DNA of 64,000 nt from positions 256,001 through 320,000 of the forward strand of contig CAVVPN010000001.1 in NCBI GenBank assembly GCA_963750165.1, read 5' to 3'. Shown one piece after another: positions 12,324 through 21,699 of this stretch. Numbering within the stretch: position 1 is the first letter of the stretch; each line of letters opens with the position of its first letter. The position numbers and the translations under genes were made by a program. The stretch is from an uncultured Gemmataceae bacterium (GTDB lineage Bacteria; Planctomycetota; Planctomycetia; Gemmatales; Gemmataceae). The notes under the pieces are model-generated. The model did no database searches and was not told the DNA's origin. It saw nothing but the letters and a program-made list of their open reading frames with translations.

Positions 12324-12593
12324 TCAATCGGGTTTCGTTGTCTCGTCGGCCGGCGTCAACTCACGCTCGATCAGGGTGCGGACCTTGTCCTGGATGGTCA
12401 CGCCCTCGACGACGCACCGGCCCTTGAACGCCGTGTGCAGCGGCGCCGGGAGGTTCAGGGTCAGCCGCTTCTGCGGCCCCTCCTCTCTGGGCTCCGTCCC
12501 ACCCCGCACCCACTGGTCTGGATGGGCCGGCAACTCCTCCTTGGCTGCACGCGGCCGCACGCTGAAATCCACTTTCTTTTTCTTGCCCGTCAT
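12324..12593 (-). CDS. ParG-like ribbon-helix-helix partition protein
   Basis: 89 aa from ATG 12593, overlapping the parA stop; KRLTLNLPAPLHTAFKGRC..TIQDKVRTLIE RHH pattern. Confidence 0.75.
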   Translation of the reverse strand: MTGKKKKVDFSVRPRAAKEELPAHPDQWVRGGTEPREEGPQKRLTLNLPAPLHTAFKGRCVVEGVTIQDKVRTLIERELTPADETTKPD

Positions 12594-13240
12594 GACGCCA
12601 ACTTCAGCACCTCCTTGGCCAGGGATTGAATCTCCTTGCTCGCCGCGCTGTCCGCGTCGAGTTCCAGCACGGTGCGCCCGTGGGCGCTTTCGGCGAAGGC
12701 CACCCGCTGGCAAACGGTCGTCTGGAGCACCGGCTGCGGATATTGCTTGAGGGCCTTGGCCACGTCGCGGCCGATGGCGGTGTTGGCGATCTTGCGGTTG
12801 ATGACGAACGCCGCCTTGAGGTGAGTCTTGTAGGTGGCACACTCCTGCAGCAGCTTGACCGTCTCCTCAGCCGCCCAGACATCGAACTGGCTCGGCAGGA
12901 CCGGGATCAGGACGGCGTCGCTGGCCATGACGGCGCTCTTGGCCACGTCGTACACCCGCGGCGGGCCATCGATGAGGACGACGTCGAAATCCTTGGCCAT
13001 CTTGGGGAGTTCCAGGTGCAAGATGGGCTTACTCATGCCGATGACGGCGAACGGCGTGTCCTGGCCGCGGGCGGCGACCCAGTCGAGGGCGGATCCCTGG
13101 GGGTCGGCGTCCACGACCAGCACGCGCAGTTTGCGGCCGGCCAGGGCGGCGGCCAGGTTGACCGATAAGGTCGTCTTGCCGACGCCCCCCTTCTGGTTGA
13201 TGACCGAGATAATCAAGCACTGCCCTTTCGTTGCGTTCAC
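12590..13240 (-). CDS. parA: Type Ib partition ATPase ParA/ParF
   Basis: NQKGGVGKTT, VDADPQGS, IDGPP, PVLPSQFD; short, with no N-terminal HTH. Confidence 0.9.
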   Translation of the reverse strand: MNATKGQCLIISVINQKGGVGKTTLSVNLAAALAGRKLRVLVVDADPQGSALDWVAARGQDTPFAVIGMSKPILHLELPKMAKDFDVVLIDGPPRVYDVAKSAVMASDAVLIPVLPSQFDVWAAEETVKLLQECATYKTHLKAAFVINRKIANTAIGRDVAKALKQYPQPVLQTTVCQRVAFAESAHGRTVLELDADSAASKEIQSLAKEVLKLAS

Positions 13241-13249
13241 TGGCCATTC

Positions 13250-13760
13250 CCTGGCGCGTCGGCAGCTTGCCGCTTTACCGGCAAGGCGGAAAACCGCTTC
13301 CCCGCCGACCCGCCTTCCTGCATAAACGGTTTTGCGGCGATGTCAAGCGGATCGTAACCGGGCGAAGCGGCAAAGCGCAAAGGCGGAAATCCGCCGAAGC
13401 GTGTCGGCGCTTCGGCGGGTGAGCGTGGTTGATGTTAAGCGTCCAGGCGTGTTGGCAGTAAAGCGCGTTGCTACAATTCCGCCGACACGCTGAAGAGGGA
13501 AAGCGTAGAGATTGTTCAGCGTGAAAGCGGTAAACCGCTTAGGCGGCAACGCGCCGAAATAAGGAGGCGGTAAGGCGACCGAGCGGAAAGGCGGCGATGT
13601 GGCAATACGGCAACACTGCGATCCGCCGATGTGCTTCCCCGCCAAGGCGTGTCCACGCCGACACAGTTAAGCGGCTGACTGAAACCGGGGATTTCCCGGG
13701 GAAATCCGCCCGGGTTGGCACGGTCGATAATTCCGAAGCGAAGCCTTCGGGAAGACGCCT
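13250..13760. repeat. Degenerate 8-bp periodic array, candidate centromere (parS/parH-like)
   Basis: From 13521: GTGAAAGC GGTAAACC GCTTAGGC GGCAACGC ... GGTAAGGC GACCGAGC GGAAAGGC GGCGATGT GGCAATAC GGCAACAC; lies upstream of parA. Confidence 0.6.
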
Positions 13761-14086
13761 GCCCTACTTAAGGAACCGCGAAAAATAATCTGAACTGTTG
13801 TCGATGTCAGCTTAGGATTGCAGTAATGTCAGTAGCGGCTTCAGTAGGCAGGTTTTCTGCAATCGGGGCGACGGGCAAGGGGGTGTCCCATCAGGCGCGG
13901 GAAGGGGAGGGCGACGGTCGATTCGGGGAATGAAAAGCCCTGACCCTCGGTGGCCGGAACGGGCAATCACCGCGGGTCAAAGCCCGACGGCGTGGTAGGG
14001 CGAGCCGCGCCTGGCTGCCGGTGATCGACCCGGCCGTATTCGGCGCCCAGGCCGCATCAGGCGGGCAGGCACCCTCAGCCCTGCGT

Positions 14087-14647
14087 TCACCCGCGGGACT
14101 TTTTCTCAGCACGCCATTCGCCTGACCGGATCTGCTCCGCGAAGAGAGGGTAGGTGTGGGCCTGCTTCTCGATCGCTCGCTCCTCGCGCTTCACTCGGCT
14201 TGCCGCGAGTTGCTCGGCGGAGCGCGGCTCGTAGCGTTCCAGGGCGGACCAGTACAGGTGGTAGCGTGGGCAGGGCGCTTGCCTGCCCCGGACCTCGATG
14301 GTGCGCGTCGGGTGAGGCTCGTGCAGCAGGTCGCCAAAGAGCGGTTCGTGGCTGCCGGCAGAGAGAATTTGTCCGTCGGGCATCTTGCGAAGATAGGCCG
14401 AGTTCTCGGTGAGCCGCTGCTCGCCCCGGTAGACCTTGTACGCCGTGGCGGCCGGTTCGGTATCTCCGGTGCGGCGATGGTCGCTGTCGATCAGGGAAAG
14501 TTTCATCCAGGGCGTCCAACCCGGGCCGAGGGCCGCGAGCGCCAGGTGTTCCGCCTCCGCGTACACTTCGTTCTGGCGGGCGGCGATCTCCCGCCGCGTC
14601 CGGGCGTTTTCGATGTCCTGGGGTGAGGGGCTTGCGTCGCCAGTCAT
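14087..14647 (-). CDS. Hypothetical protein
   Basis: ORF with plausible composition, co-oriented with neighbours; start placed at ATG 14647. Confidence 0.55.
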   Translation of the reverse strand: MTGDASPSPQDIENARTRREIAARQNEVYAEAEHLALAALGPGWTPWMKLSLIDSDHRRTGDTEPAATAYKVYRGEQRLTENSAYLRKMPDGQILSAGSHEPLFGDLLHEPHPTRTIEVRGRQAPCPRYHLYWSALERYEPRSAEQLAASRVKREERAIEKQAHTYPLFAEQIRSGEWRAEKKSRG

Positions 14648-14831
14648 ACGCCCGGAGCATATGGCGAGGCCGGCGGGGGCGCAACAGATTTCGGGCACGT
14701 GAACCGCCGGGCGGCGGCTTCACCGTCACATCATCCAGCGGGGCGGGGCCGAGATGAGAGAAACGCAGCTGGCGGTCGCCACGATTTTGCCCAACTGGAA
14801 ACACCGGACGCGGATCATGGACGGCCCTCCC

Positions 14832-15071
14832 TCAAACTGGGCCTGACGGTTTCGCCGTCTCGCCCGGCGGGGTGAGCAGCCCATACGGGTCGTCGTCGAA
14901 CAGCCGGGCGAATGGCACCAGCTCGAAGTCCTGGCCGCGGCAATTGACGGCGCAGATGACGAAGACGGGCTTTCCTGTTGCCTTGTCACGGCATTGAAGC
15001 AGGCAGGCGGCGCCGTCGCCGAACGCCCGCTTCAGGGTGTTGAAATTATTTCGATAAGACTCGGGTATCAT
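14832..15071 (-). CDS. DUF6117-like small plasmid protein
   Basis: MIPESYRNNFNTLKRAF...VICAVN...LVPFARLFDDDPYGLLTPP pattern, recognised from memory. Confidence 0.65.
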   Translation of the reverse strand: MIPESYRNNFNTLKRAFGDGAACLLQCRDKATGKPVFVICAVNCRGQDFELVPFARLFDDDPYGLLTPPGETAKPSGPV

Positions 15072-15124
15072 CGCTGGATTCCTTTCAAAAGAAATGGGCG
15101 GGCATGGCTGCCCGCCCGGTTGAG

Positions 15125-17080
15125 TTATGCGGCTTTCCTTGCCTTCTTTGCCCTGGCCGGCTTCGTCGCCGGTGCGAGGTGAAACGCCATTCCGTCCGGC
15201 AGCCACTCCTTCAGTGCCCGCACCTGCTCCGCCGTGCGGCCGTACTTTTCCGGTTCGTCGAAGGCCCGGTGCAGCTGATCGACGAGCGCCGCCTTCTTGT
15301 CGCCAGCCCGGGAACCCGACCACGATGCCCCGAGAACCTCCTGGCCGATGGCGAGCAGCTGGTCGCGGGTGATGCGGCTTAAATAGTTCTCCCTGGCCGG
15401 ACGCCAGTATTCCGCCACGTCCGCTTCCGTAAGCGCCAGGGCAGAGTCGTAGGCGGTGCCTTCCTTGCCCGGAATTGGTTCCAGCTTCGGTTGCAGCGTC
15501 ATCGCAACGCAGTAGGCCAGCAGGTCGTGCTTGGCCGAATCAGGCAGCGAGCGGAAAGCCGCGAACCGGGCAGCCTCCGTTTTCGGCTTGAGCCATTGCA
15601 CGGGCAGCGATTCACGAAGCGCGTCGAAGGCAACGCTTGCCGCCGTCGATAACTCCGCGCCGGTTAGGCCATTGGCCGGGGTGGCAGGATGCCGCCTGAA
15701 CTGGACGTCCGGGCCGTCCGAAGCCGAGGGGGCGCCGAGCGTCCGGCTGGCTACGTCAAAGACCAGGAGGTCAAAGGCGACCGCCGGGTGCCGCGCGATC
15801 TCGACCTGGCTTACCTGCAACCGGTAGTTCGCAAGATCGCGCTGGAGCGATTGCGACAGGGGACTTTTCGGCTTGGCCGGACCCGCGTCGCCGGTGTCCC
15901 CGTCGGTCCTGAGCAATGTTGCCAGTTGCTTGCGATGCTCGCGTTTCACCAGGCCCTTATCGAAGAACGGCGTTCCGTCCTGGCCGATGGAGACGAAGCA
16001 TCCGGCCAGCGCCTTATGGTCGGCATCGAAGCCGACGAAGGCGGCGAGCTGTTGCTCCACGTCATCGAGTTGGTCACGGATCGCCTGCTGCTGATCGAGC
16101 AAGGCATCCGATTCCGTATCGTCGAGGGCTTGCTCGGTCTCGTTCAGTTCGGCGTCGAGCCGGGACTTTGATTCGACCAGCGCGGGCGGCGCATCGATCA
16201 GCCTCGGTTGAATCCGTCCGCAACGGTTGATCGCCTCCCAATCCCGTTCCGGGTTGAACTCGACCCAGCCCCAGCCCTCTGTCTCCAGTTCCTTGCGGAT
16301 GCCGTCGAGCTTTTCCTCGGCCAGGCGGTGCAGGATGGCCGGCTTTTCGAGATACACCTCATCACCGAACAGGTCGGCCCGCGTCGAACCGCCGGCTGCC
16401 CTGTAGGCTTCCAGCCCGACGAAGCGGGCCAGCTTGCTGCCGGCCTCGACCATCTTCTCGGTGAGACAGTCGCGAATCGTGCTCGGGTCGTCTTTCTGCC
16501 ATTCTTGCAAGGATTTGAAGACCTTGAGCTGACGGCGGTGGTCGTCGGTGACGGTGTAGGCCATCAGGCATTCCAGCGTCATGCCGTCATTGCGGTATTC
16601 CTGGAGCAGTTTCGGCGCGACCCGAGCCAGCTTCATCCGCTTATGGACGAGGCTCTCCTCGACGCCGAAACGCATCGCCACCTGGTCGGCGGACTCTCCC
16701 TGGTCGATCAGCTCGGCAAAGGCGGCGAACTGGTCAGCCGGGTGCATGGCGAGCCGGACGGTGTTCTCGGCGAGGCTCATTTCCAGGGCGTGCTCCTCAG
16801 TGACGATCTGGCATGGCACTGCGAAATCCTCGGGCAGCTTGCCCTCGGCCTGGAGCGTGCGGATCGCCTCCAGGCGGCGCCCGCCGGCGATGACGCGATA
16901 CGCGCCGTCGCCTGCGTCAGTGACGACGAGGTTTTGCATCAGGCCGTGGGCGAGCAGGGATGCCTTGAGTTCCTCCATGCCGCTCGCGGCGGTGGTGCGG
17001 CGGGCATTGAGGGGGGATTTCTCCAGCCGGCTGGCGGCGATGAGCTGCGGTTGCGTGCTGGTGTTCTGGGTATTGGTCAT
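15125..17080 (-). CDS. Large ParB/Srx-domain plasmid protein
   Basis: LKASLLAHGLMQNLVV, VIAGGRRL, SLAENTVRLAMHPADQF, DLFGDEVY; typical of conjugative elements. Confidence 0.88.
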   Translation of the reverse strand: MTNTQNTSTQPQLIAASRLEKSPLNARRTTAASGMEELKASLLAHGLMQNLVVTDAGDGAYRVIAGGRRLEAIRTLQAEGKLPEDFAVPCQIVTEEHALEMSLAENTVRLAMHPADQFAAFAELIDQGESADQVAMRFGVEESLVHKRMKLARVAPKLLQEYRNDGMTLECLMAYTVTDDHRRQLKVFKSLQEWQKDDPSTIRDCLTEKMVEAGSKLARFVGLEAYRAAGGSTRADLFGDEVYLEKPAILHRLAEEKLDGIRKELETEGWGWVEFNPERDWEAINRCGRIQPRLIDAPPALVESKSRLDAELNETEQALDDTESDALLDQQQAIRDQLDDVEQQLAAFVGFDADHKALAGCFVSIGQDGTPFFDKGLVKREHRKQLATLLRTDGDTGDAGPAKPKSPLSQSLQRDLANYRLQVSQVEIARHPAVAFDLLVFDVASRTLGAPSASDGPDVQFRRHPATPANGLTGAELSTAASVAFDALRESLPVQWLKPKTEAARFAAFRSLPDSAKHDLLAYCVAMTLQPKLEPIPGKEGTAYDSALALTEADVAEYWRPARENYLSRITRDQLLAIGQEVLGASWSGSRAGDKKAALVDQLHRAFDEPEKYGRTAEQVRALKEWLPDGMAFHLAPATKPARAKKARKAA

Positions 17081-17150
17081 AAACAGTTCCTTTCAGTTGA
17101 TGGTTAAAAATGAGGCCGGAAGGCGGCACTGCCGCCCTCCGGCATCCGGC

Positions 17151-17414
17151 TCAGGCTGCCGCCTGCTCGGATTCCTTGCGGGCCTTGGCGTCGGCCTGCT
17201 GCTGGTGCATGATCCAGGTGTGGGCGAGGTCGAACAGCTTGGCCATCGCCAGCAGGTCGTCGAAGCCGAGGCTGTCGGTTTCCTTCCAGGTTTCGTCGCC
17301 CTGCTTGTAGCTGCGGCTGGGGACGACGCTGTACCAGTTGCCTTTCTCGCCGTGGTTGCGCCAGATGGTGACTTGCAGGACGCCGGTGCGGATCTTGTGT
17401 GCGGGTTTGGACAT
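17151..17414 (-). CDS. Small hypothetical protein, possibly ssDNA-binding
   Basis: MSKPAHKIRTGVLQVTIWRN..WYSVVPSRSYKQGDETWKETDSL; strong GAAGGAGA RBS. Confidence 0.7.
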   Translation of the reverse strand: MSKPAHKIRTGVLQVTIWRNHGEKGNWYSVVPSRSYKQGDETWKETDSLGFDDLLAMAKLFDLAHTWIMHQQQADAKARKESEQAAA

Positions 17415-17927
17415 GGTCTTGGTCTCCTTCTCTTCGAGTTCCGGCCCCGCCAACCGGGGCCTTACGGCACGCCAACGAACCCGCCTCAGCCGGGAGCGCC
17501 AGCGACGGTCAAGCGAACGGCCGAAGGCTTCCGCTTGCGGAAAGCGGCCGTGGCAGCTTTACCGGCCCGGCGGCGGGTTCATAAGTGCCGTGAGAGAAGG
17601 CCACCGGCGGGGTTGGGAGGCTGAAGGAGACCTGAATTCCAAACGCACAACGAAAGACAAACGGCCGGGAAAGGATCATTTCCGGCACAAACAAGTCCCG
17701 CAGACAAAGTGTCCGGTTTGGCAGGCAGCAGGCGGCAAGACGAGGACTGGGGCAGAGATCGCGGTAGGCGAGGGGAGGGGCCGGCGCGGGACTGACAGGG
17801 GCGTGACACCGCGTTGGCATTGGCCGTGCGGCGACTGGCTGAGGGTGCAGTGCCGGGAGACAGGAAACACAACCAGGAGCAATCGCACGGTTGATTTTTT
17901 GCCCGTATTGAGTGCATATACTGGCGC

Positions 17928-20618
17928 ATGCTCCGCATCACCCCGCAGGAAAGTGCCCAGGGCGCCGAGCGCTATTACGCCAGCGCCGACTATTACAGCG
18001 AAGGCCAGGAGATCATCGGCTCCTGGGGCGGCAAGGGCGCCCGACTTCTGGGGTTGGAGGGGGTCGTTGACCGGGAAGCGTTCGAGCGCCTGTGCGACAA
18101 CCTCAACCCGCGGAACGGTGAGCAACTGACCGCCCGCACGCGCGCCGACCGCACGGTGGGCTACGACTTCACCTTCTCGGTGCCGAAGTCGGTGTCGCTG
18201 CTGTACGCCCTGAGTGGCGACCGGGAAATCCTCGACGCATTCCGCTCGGCCGTGGAGGAGACGATGCAGGGCATCGAGGCCGAGATGAAGACGCGCGTGC
18301 GCAAGGGCGGCCAGGACGCGGAGCGCGTCACGGGTAACCTGGTGTGGAGTGAGTTCATCCATACGACCTCGCGGCCGGTGGAAGGGGTGCCCGACCCGCA
18401 GCTGCATGCCCACTGCTTCGTCTTCAACTCGACCTGGGACGAACAGGAGCGGCAGTGGAAAGCCGGCCAGTTCCGCGACCTGAAGGCGTCGGCGCCGCTC
18501 TACCAGGCGATGTTCCGGGTGCGGTTGGCGGGCAAGCTGCAGGACCTGGGCTTCGGCGTCGAGCGTAAGCGGGATGATTTTGAACTGGCAGGCGTGCCGG
18601 CCGGCGTGCTGAAACGCTTCTCGCGGCGGACGGAGCAGATCGAAGAGAAGGCGAAGCAGCTGGGGATCACCGACCCGGACCGCAAGGCCGAACTGGGCGC
18701 CGCGACGCGCGAGAAGAAGACCAACGAGCTGAGTTGGAACGCGCTGCGCAAGGACTGGGATAGCCGGCTGACTCAGGCCGAGCGGCAAGCGTTGGCGGCG
18801 GTGCATCGGCGGGAGACGCCCTGGGTCCGCCCGGTGCGAGGCGAGGGGCAGGCGGTGGACTTCGCGCTGGGCCACTGCTTCGAGCGCGAGTCGGTGGTGG
18901 CGGAGCGGAAACTCCTCACCGAGGCGTTGAAACGCGGCCTTGGTTCAGTGACGGTGGGAGGCGTGACGCAGGAACTGGCCCGGCGGCCGCTGATCCGGGG
19001 CGAGCAGGGCGGCCACGTCCTGGCGACGACCCGCACGGCCGTGGCGGAGGAGTCGCGGCTCCTGGCCTTCGCCCGCCAGGGGCGGGGGCGTTACCGGCCG
19101 CTGGGCGACCCGGCCCGGCCGGTGTCCCGAGAGTGGCTGAACGACGGGCAGAAGGCGGCGGTGCGGCACGTGCTGGGCTCGCGCGACCGGGTGACCATCG
19201 TGCGCGGGGTGGCCGGCACCGGCAAGACGACCCTGGAGCAGGAGATCGGCGAGGCGCTTGCCCAGGCCGGCAAGCAGGTCGTGGCCCTGGCGCCGACGGC
19301 CGAGGCTAGTCGCGGCGTCCTGCGCCAGGAGGCGAAGTTTGCCGACGCCGACACGGTGGCCCGGTTCCTGCGTGACCGGGCGATGCAGGAGCGTGCCCGG
19401 CGCGGCGTCATCCTGGTCGATGAGGCGTCGCTGCTCTCGACCAAAGACATGCTGCGGCTTTTTGACACGGCCGGCCAGGTGGAAGCCCGGGTGGTGCTGG
19501 TAGGCGACCGAAGGCAGCACCGCAGCGTCGCCGCCGGCGAACCGCTGCGCCTGTTGGAGCAGAAGGCCGGGTTGCCCGTGGCCGAGGTCAAGGACATCCT
19601 CCGCCAGTCGGGGGACTACAAGAAGGCGTCCCAGCTGCTGAGCGAAGGCAGGACGGCCGAAGGCTTCGCCGAACTGGACCGGCTGGGCTGGGTGCGGGAG
19701 GTGCCCGACGGCGAGCGCTACCAGGCCCTGGCCGGCGCCTACCTGGCGGCGACCGCCGAGCGGAAACGCAACGGGGAGAATAAGACGGCGCTGGTCATCA
19801 GCCCGACCCACGCCGAGGCGGCGCGGATCACCCACGCCATCCGCGACACGCTGAAGTCCCAGGAGAAGCTCGGCAAGGAGCGGACGTTCGACGTGTGGCT
19901 GCCGGGGCACCTGACCGGCGCGCAGAAGGCCGACGCCACGAACCTGGAGGCCGGGGACCTGCTCGTCTTCCACCAGAACGCCCCGGGCCGCAAGAACGGC
20001 GCGCGGCTGGTCCTGGGCGAGGGGACGCGAGCGCCGGTGGAATATGCGTCGCGCTTCGAGGTCTACCGCCCGGCAAAATTGTCGCTGGCCGTGGGCGACC
20101 GGATTCGGCTGACGGCCAACGGCAAGACGCAGGACGGGCGCTACCGGCTGAACAACGGCGCGCTGTACACCGTGGCGGGATTTACCAAGCGGGGCGACAT
20201 CGTCATCGACGACGGCCGGGTGATCGCGAAGGACTGGGGCCACCTGGCGCTGGGCTACGCCGTCACCTCGCACGCCAGCCAGGGCAAGACGGTGGACAAG
20301 GTGTTCATCGGCCAGTCGGCCCAGTCGTTCCCGGCGTCGAACCGCCGGCAGTTCTACGTGAGCCTGTCGCGGGGCAAGGAGCAAGCGCTGGTGTTCACCG
20401 ACTCGAAGGAGGGGTTGCTCAAGGCGGTGAGCCGGGCCGACGAACCGCTGTCGGCGACGGAGCTGGCCGCGAGCCGGCGGCGCCAGCCGCCATTGCGGCA
20501 GCGGCTGCAACGCCATCTAAGTTTTCTGCGGCGCCAGGCCGCCTTCCGGCAAGCGCACGAGCCGCTGCGGCCGGAGCTAACCAGGGCACAGGTACAGGAG
20601 CGGGACCATGAACGATGA
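17928..20618 (+). CDS. MobF (TrwC-type) relaxase-helicase
   Basis: YY..DYY, DFTFSVPKSVS, HTTSR..DPQLHAH; helicase motifs GVAGTGKTT, VDEAS, YAVTSHASQGKTVD. Confidence 0.95.
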   Translation: MLRITPQESAQGAERYYASADYYSEGQEIIGSWGGKGARLLGLEGVVDREAFERLCDNLNPRNGEQLTARTRADRTVGYDFTFSVPKSVSLLYALSGDREILDAFRSAVEETMQGIEAEMKTRVRKGGQDAERVTGNLVWSEFIHTTSRPVEGVPDPQLHAHCFVFNSTWDEQERQWKAGQFRDLKASAPLYQAMFRVRLAGKLQDLGFGVERKRDDFELAGVPAGVLKRFSRRTEQIEEKAKQLGITDPDRKAELGAATREKKTNELSWNALRKDWDSRLTQAERQALAAVHRRETPWVRPVRGEGQAVDFALGHCFERESVVAERKLLTEALKRGLGSVTVGGVTQELARRPLIRGEQGGHVLATTRTAVAEESRLLAFARQGRGRYRPLGDPARPVSREWLNDGQKAAVRHVLGSRDRVTIVRGVAGTGKTTLEQEIGEALAQAGKQVVALAPTAEASRGVLRQEAKFADADTVARFLRDRAMQERARRGVILVDEASLLSTKDMLRLFDTAGQVEARVVLVGDRRQHRSVAAGEPLRLLEQKAGLPVAEVKDILRQSGDYKKASQLLSEGRTAEGFAELDRLGWVREVPDGERYQALAGAYLAATAERKRNGENKTALVISPTHAEAARITHAIRDTLKSQEKLGKERTFDVWLPGHLTGAQKADATNLEAGDLLVFHQNAPGRKNGARLVLGEGTRAPVEYASRFEVYRPAKLSLAVGDRIRLTANGKTQDGRYRLNNGALYTVAGFTKRGDIVIDDGRVIAKDWGHLALGYAVTSHASQGKTVDKVFIGQSAQSFPASNRRQFYVSLSRGKEQALVFTDSKEGLLKAVSRADEPLSATELAASRRRQPPLRQRLQRHLSFLRRQAAFRQAHEPLRPELTRAQVQERDHER

Positions 20619-21114
20619 CGTGCTGGATTTCGTGAGGAAGAAGCCGGCGCCGGACGGCCAGGCCGTTCGGCATCCGCCGGCCGGGCGGCAGGACGAGCCG
20701 GACGAGGCGGTCTGCGCCGCCTTCGGCTACCTGCGCGGCCTGCACGAGAAGGCCCTGGCGGTGGAGTTCCGCCGGCGCGACGGCGACCGCGAGTGGCTGC
20801 CCTACAGCTGCCTGGTGTGCTGGCGGCACAACCCGAGCGCCGGTCTGCTCCTGAAATTCACGGGGGATGTGGTGACGCTTGTGTTCATCCGCGGCAGCAA
20901 CCTCGACGCGCCGGTGAACCAGGGCGGCGTCAACCTGACCGACCGCGGGCTGCAGCGGCACCGGGTCACCTACGTCCGCGAGATGAATGAGGACGAACTG
21001 CGGAAGGCGGGCGAGGGGGAACCGACCATCGACGGGATCGACATCGCGGAATTCGAGAGCGGCGAGGAACTGCGCGCGTGGGTGAAGCAGAACGCCCCAG
21101 CGTTCGAGCGCTGA
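20608..21114 (+). CDS. Hypothetical protein coupled to relaxase
   Basis: Overlaps the relaxase 3' end; high-GC codon usage. Confidence 0.7.
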   Translation: MNDDVLDFVRKKPAPDGQAVRHPPAGRQDEPDEAVCAAFGYLRGLHEKALAVEFRRRDGDREWLPYSCLVCWRHNPSAGLLLKFTGDVVTLVFIRGSNLDAPVNQGGVNLTDRGLQRHRVTYVREMNEDELRKAGEGEPTIDGIDIAEFESGEELRAWVKQNAPAFER

Positions 21115-21152
21115 GGGAGTGATTTGCGAAAGCAAAGCCGAAGGACCGGATT

Positions 21153-21482
21153 TCAGCGCGGCCGGTCGCGTTCTTGCTCGATGGCGTCGATGGCCGCACG
21201 GACGCGCTGCTCGGTAAGAACCCAGCCTTCGTGCGGCAGGCCGCCGACCAGCCTGGCCTTGAGCCGCTGGTACACCTCCTGGGCCCGGTCGTCGTCGCCG
21301 AGTACGTCCGCGGCCAACGCCAGTGCCAGTTGGGCCGGCCCGCTTCCCGAGTAGGACCACTCGAACCCGGTCGGCGAATGGTTGCGCAAATCGTGACGCG
21401 GGTTGAGCAGGGTCACCTCGCCGTCCTCCTCGACATCGACGGCGCAGCCGTGGTCCGTTCGCCTTCCGTGGTACATCTTCAT
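21153..21482 (-). CDS. DUF6166-like protein
   Basis: NHSPTGFEWSYSGSGPAQLALAL motif. Confidence 0.75.
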   Translation of the reverse strand: MKMYHGRRTDHGCAVDVEEDGEVTLLNPRHDLRNHSPTGFEWSYSGSGPAQLALALAADVLGDDDRAQEVYQRLKARLVGGLPHEGWVLTEQRVRAAIDAIEQERDRPR

Positions 21483-21699
21483 TCGCAAACGATTGATCCG
21501 GCGGCGGTGTTCAGGACTGGTCTCGGTCCTTCGCTACCCTCCGCAAAGACTACCTCCTGTGGTTGCGGAAATCCGGTTTAGTACCGCAGCGGGAAATTGT
21601 AAAGCAAAAGTGTCACACCAATGATTGCGCCGCCGGAGATGCCGGATTAGCATGTCCGCGCATGAAGCTGACAACTTTGACGCGAATCCATGCCATCTC

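Noticed and set aside
14726..14818. MIRVRCFQLGKIVATA fragment resembling a small plasmid protein N-terminus
   Set aside because: About 30 codons only; at most a remnant.
17851..17865. TGCCGGGAGACAGGA resembling the tRNA 3' end (TGCCGGAGACAGGA) as a second att site
   Set aside because: Short, needs an indel, and island genes continue on both sides; probably chance.
17617..17927. Exact oriT/nic site (hairpin near 17665-17688 and TTGTCT-like words)
   Set aside because: The location is plausible but no confident match to a known MobF nic sequence was found.
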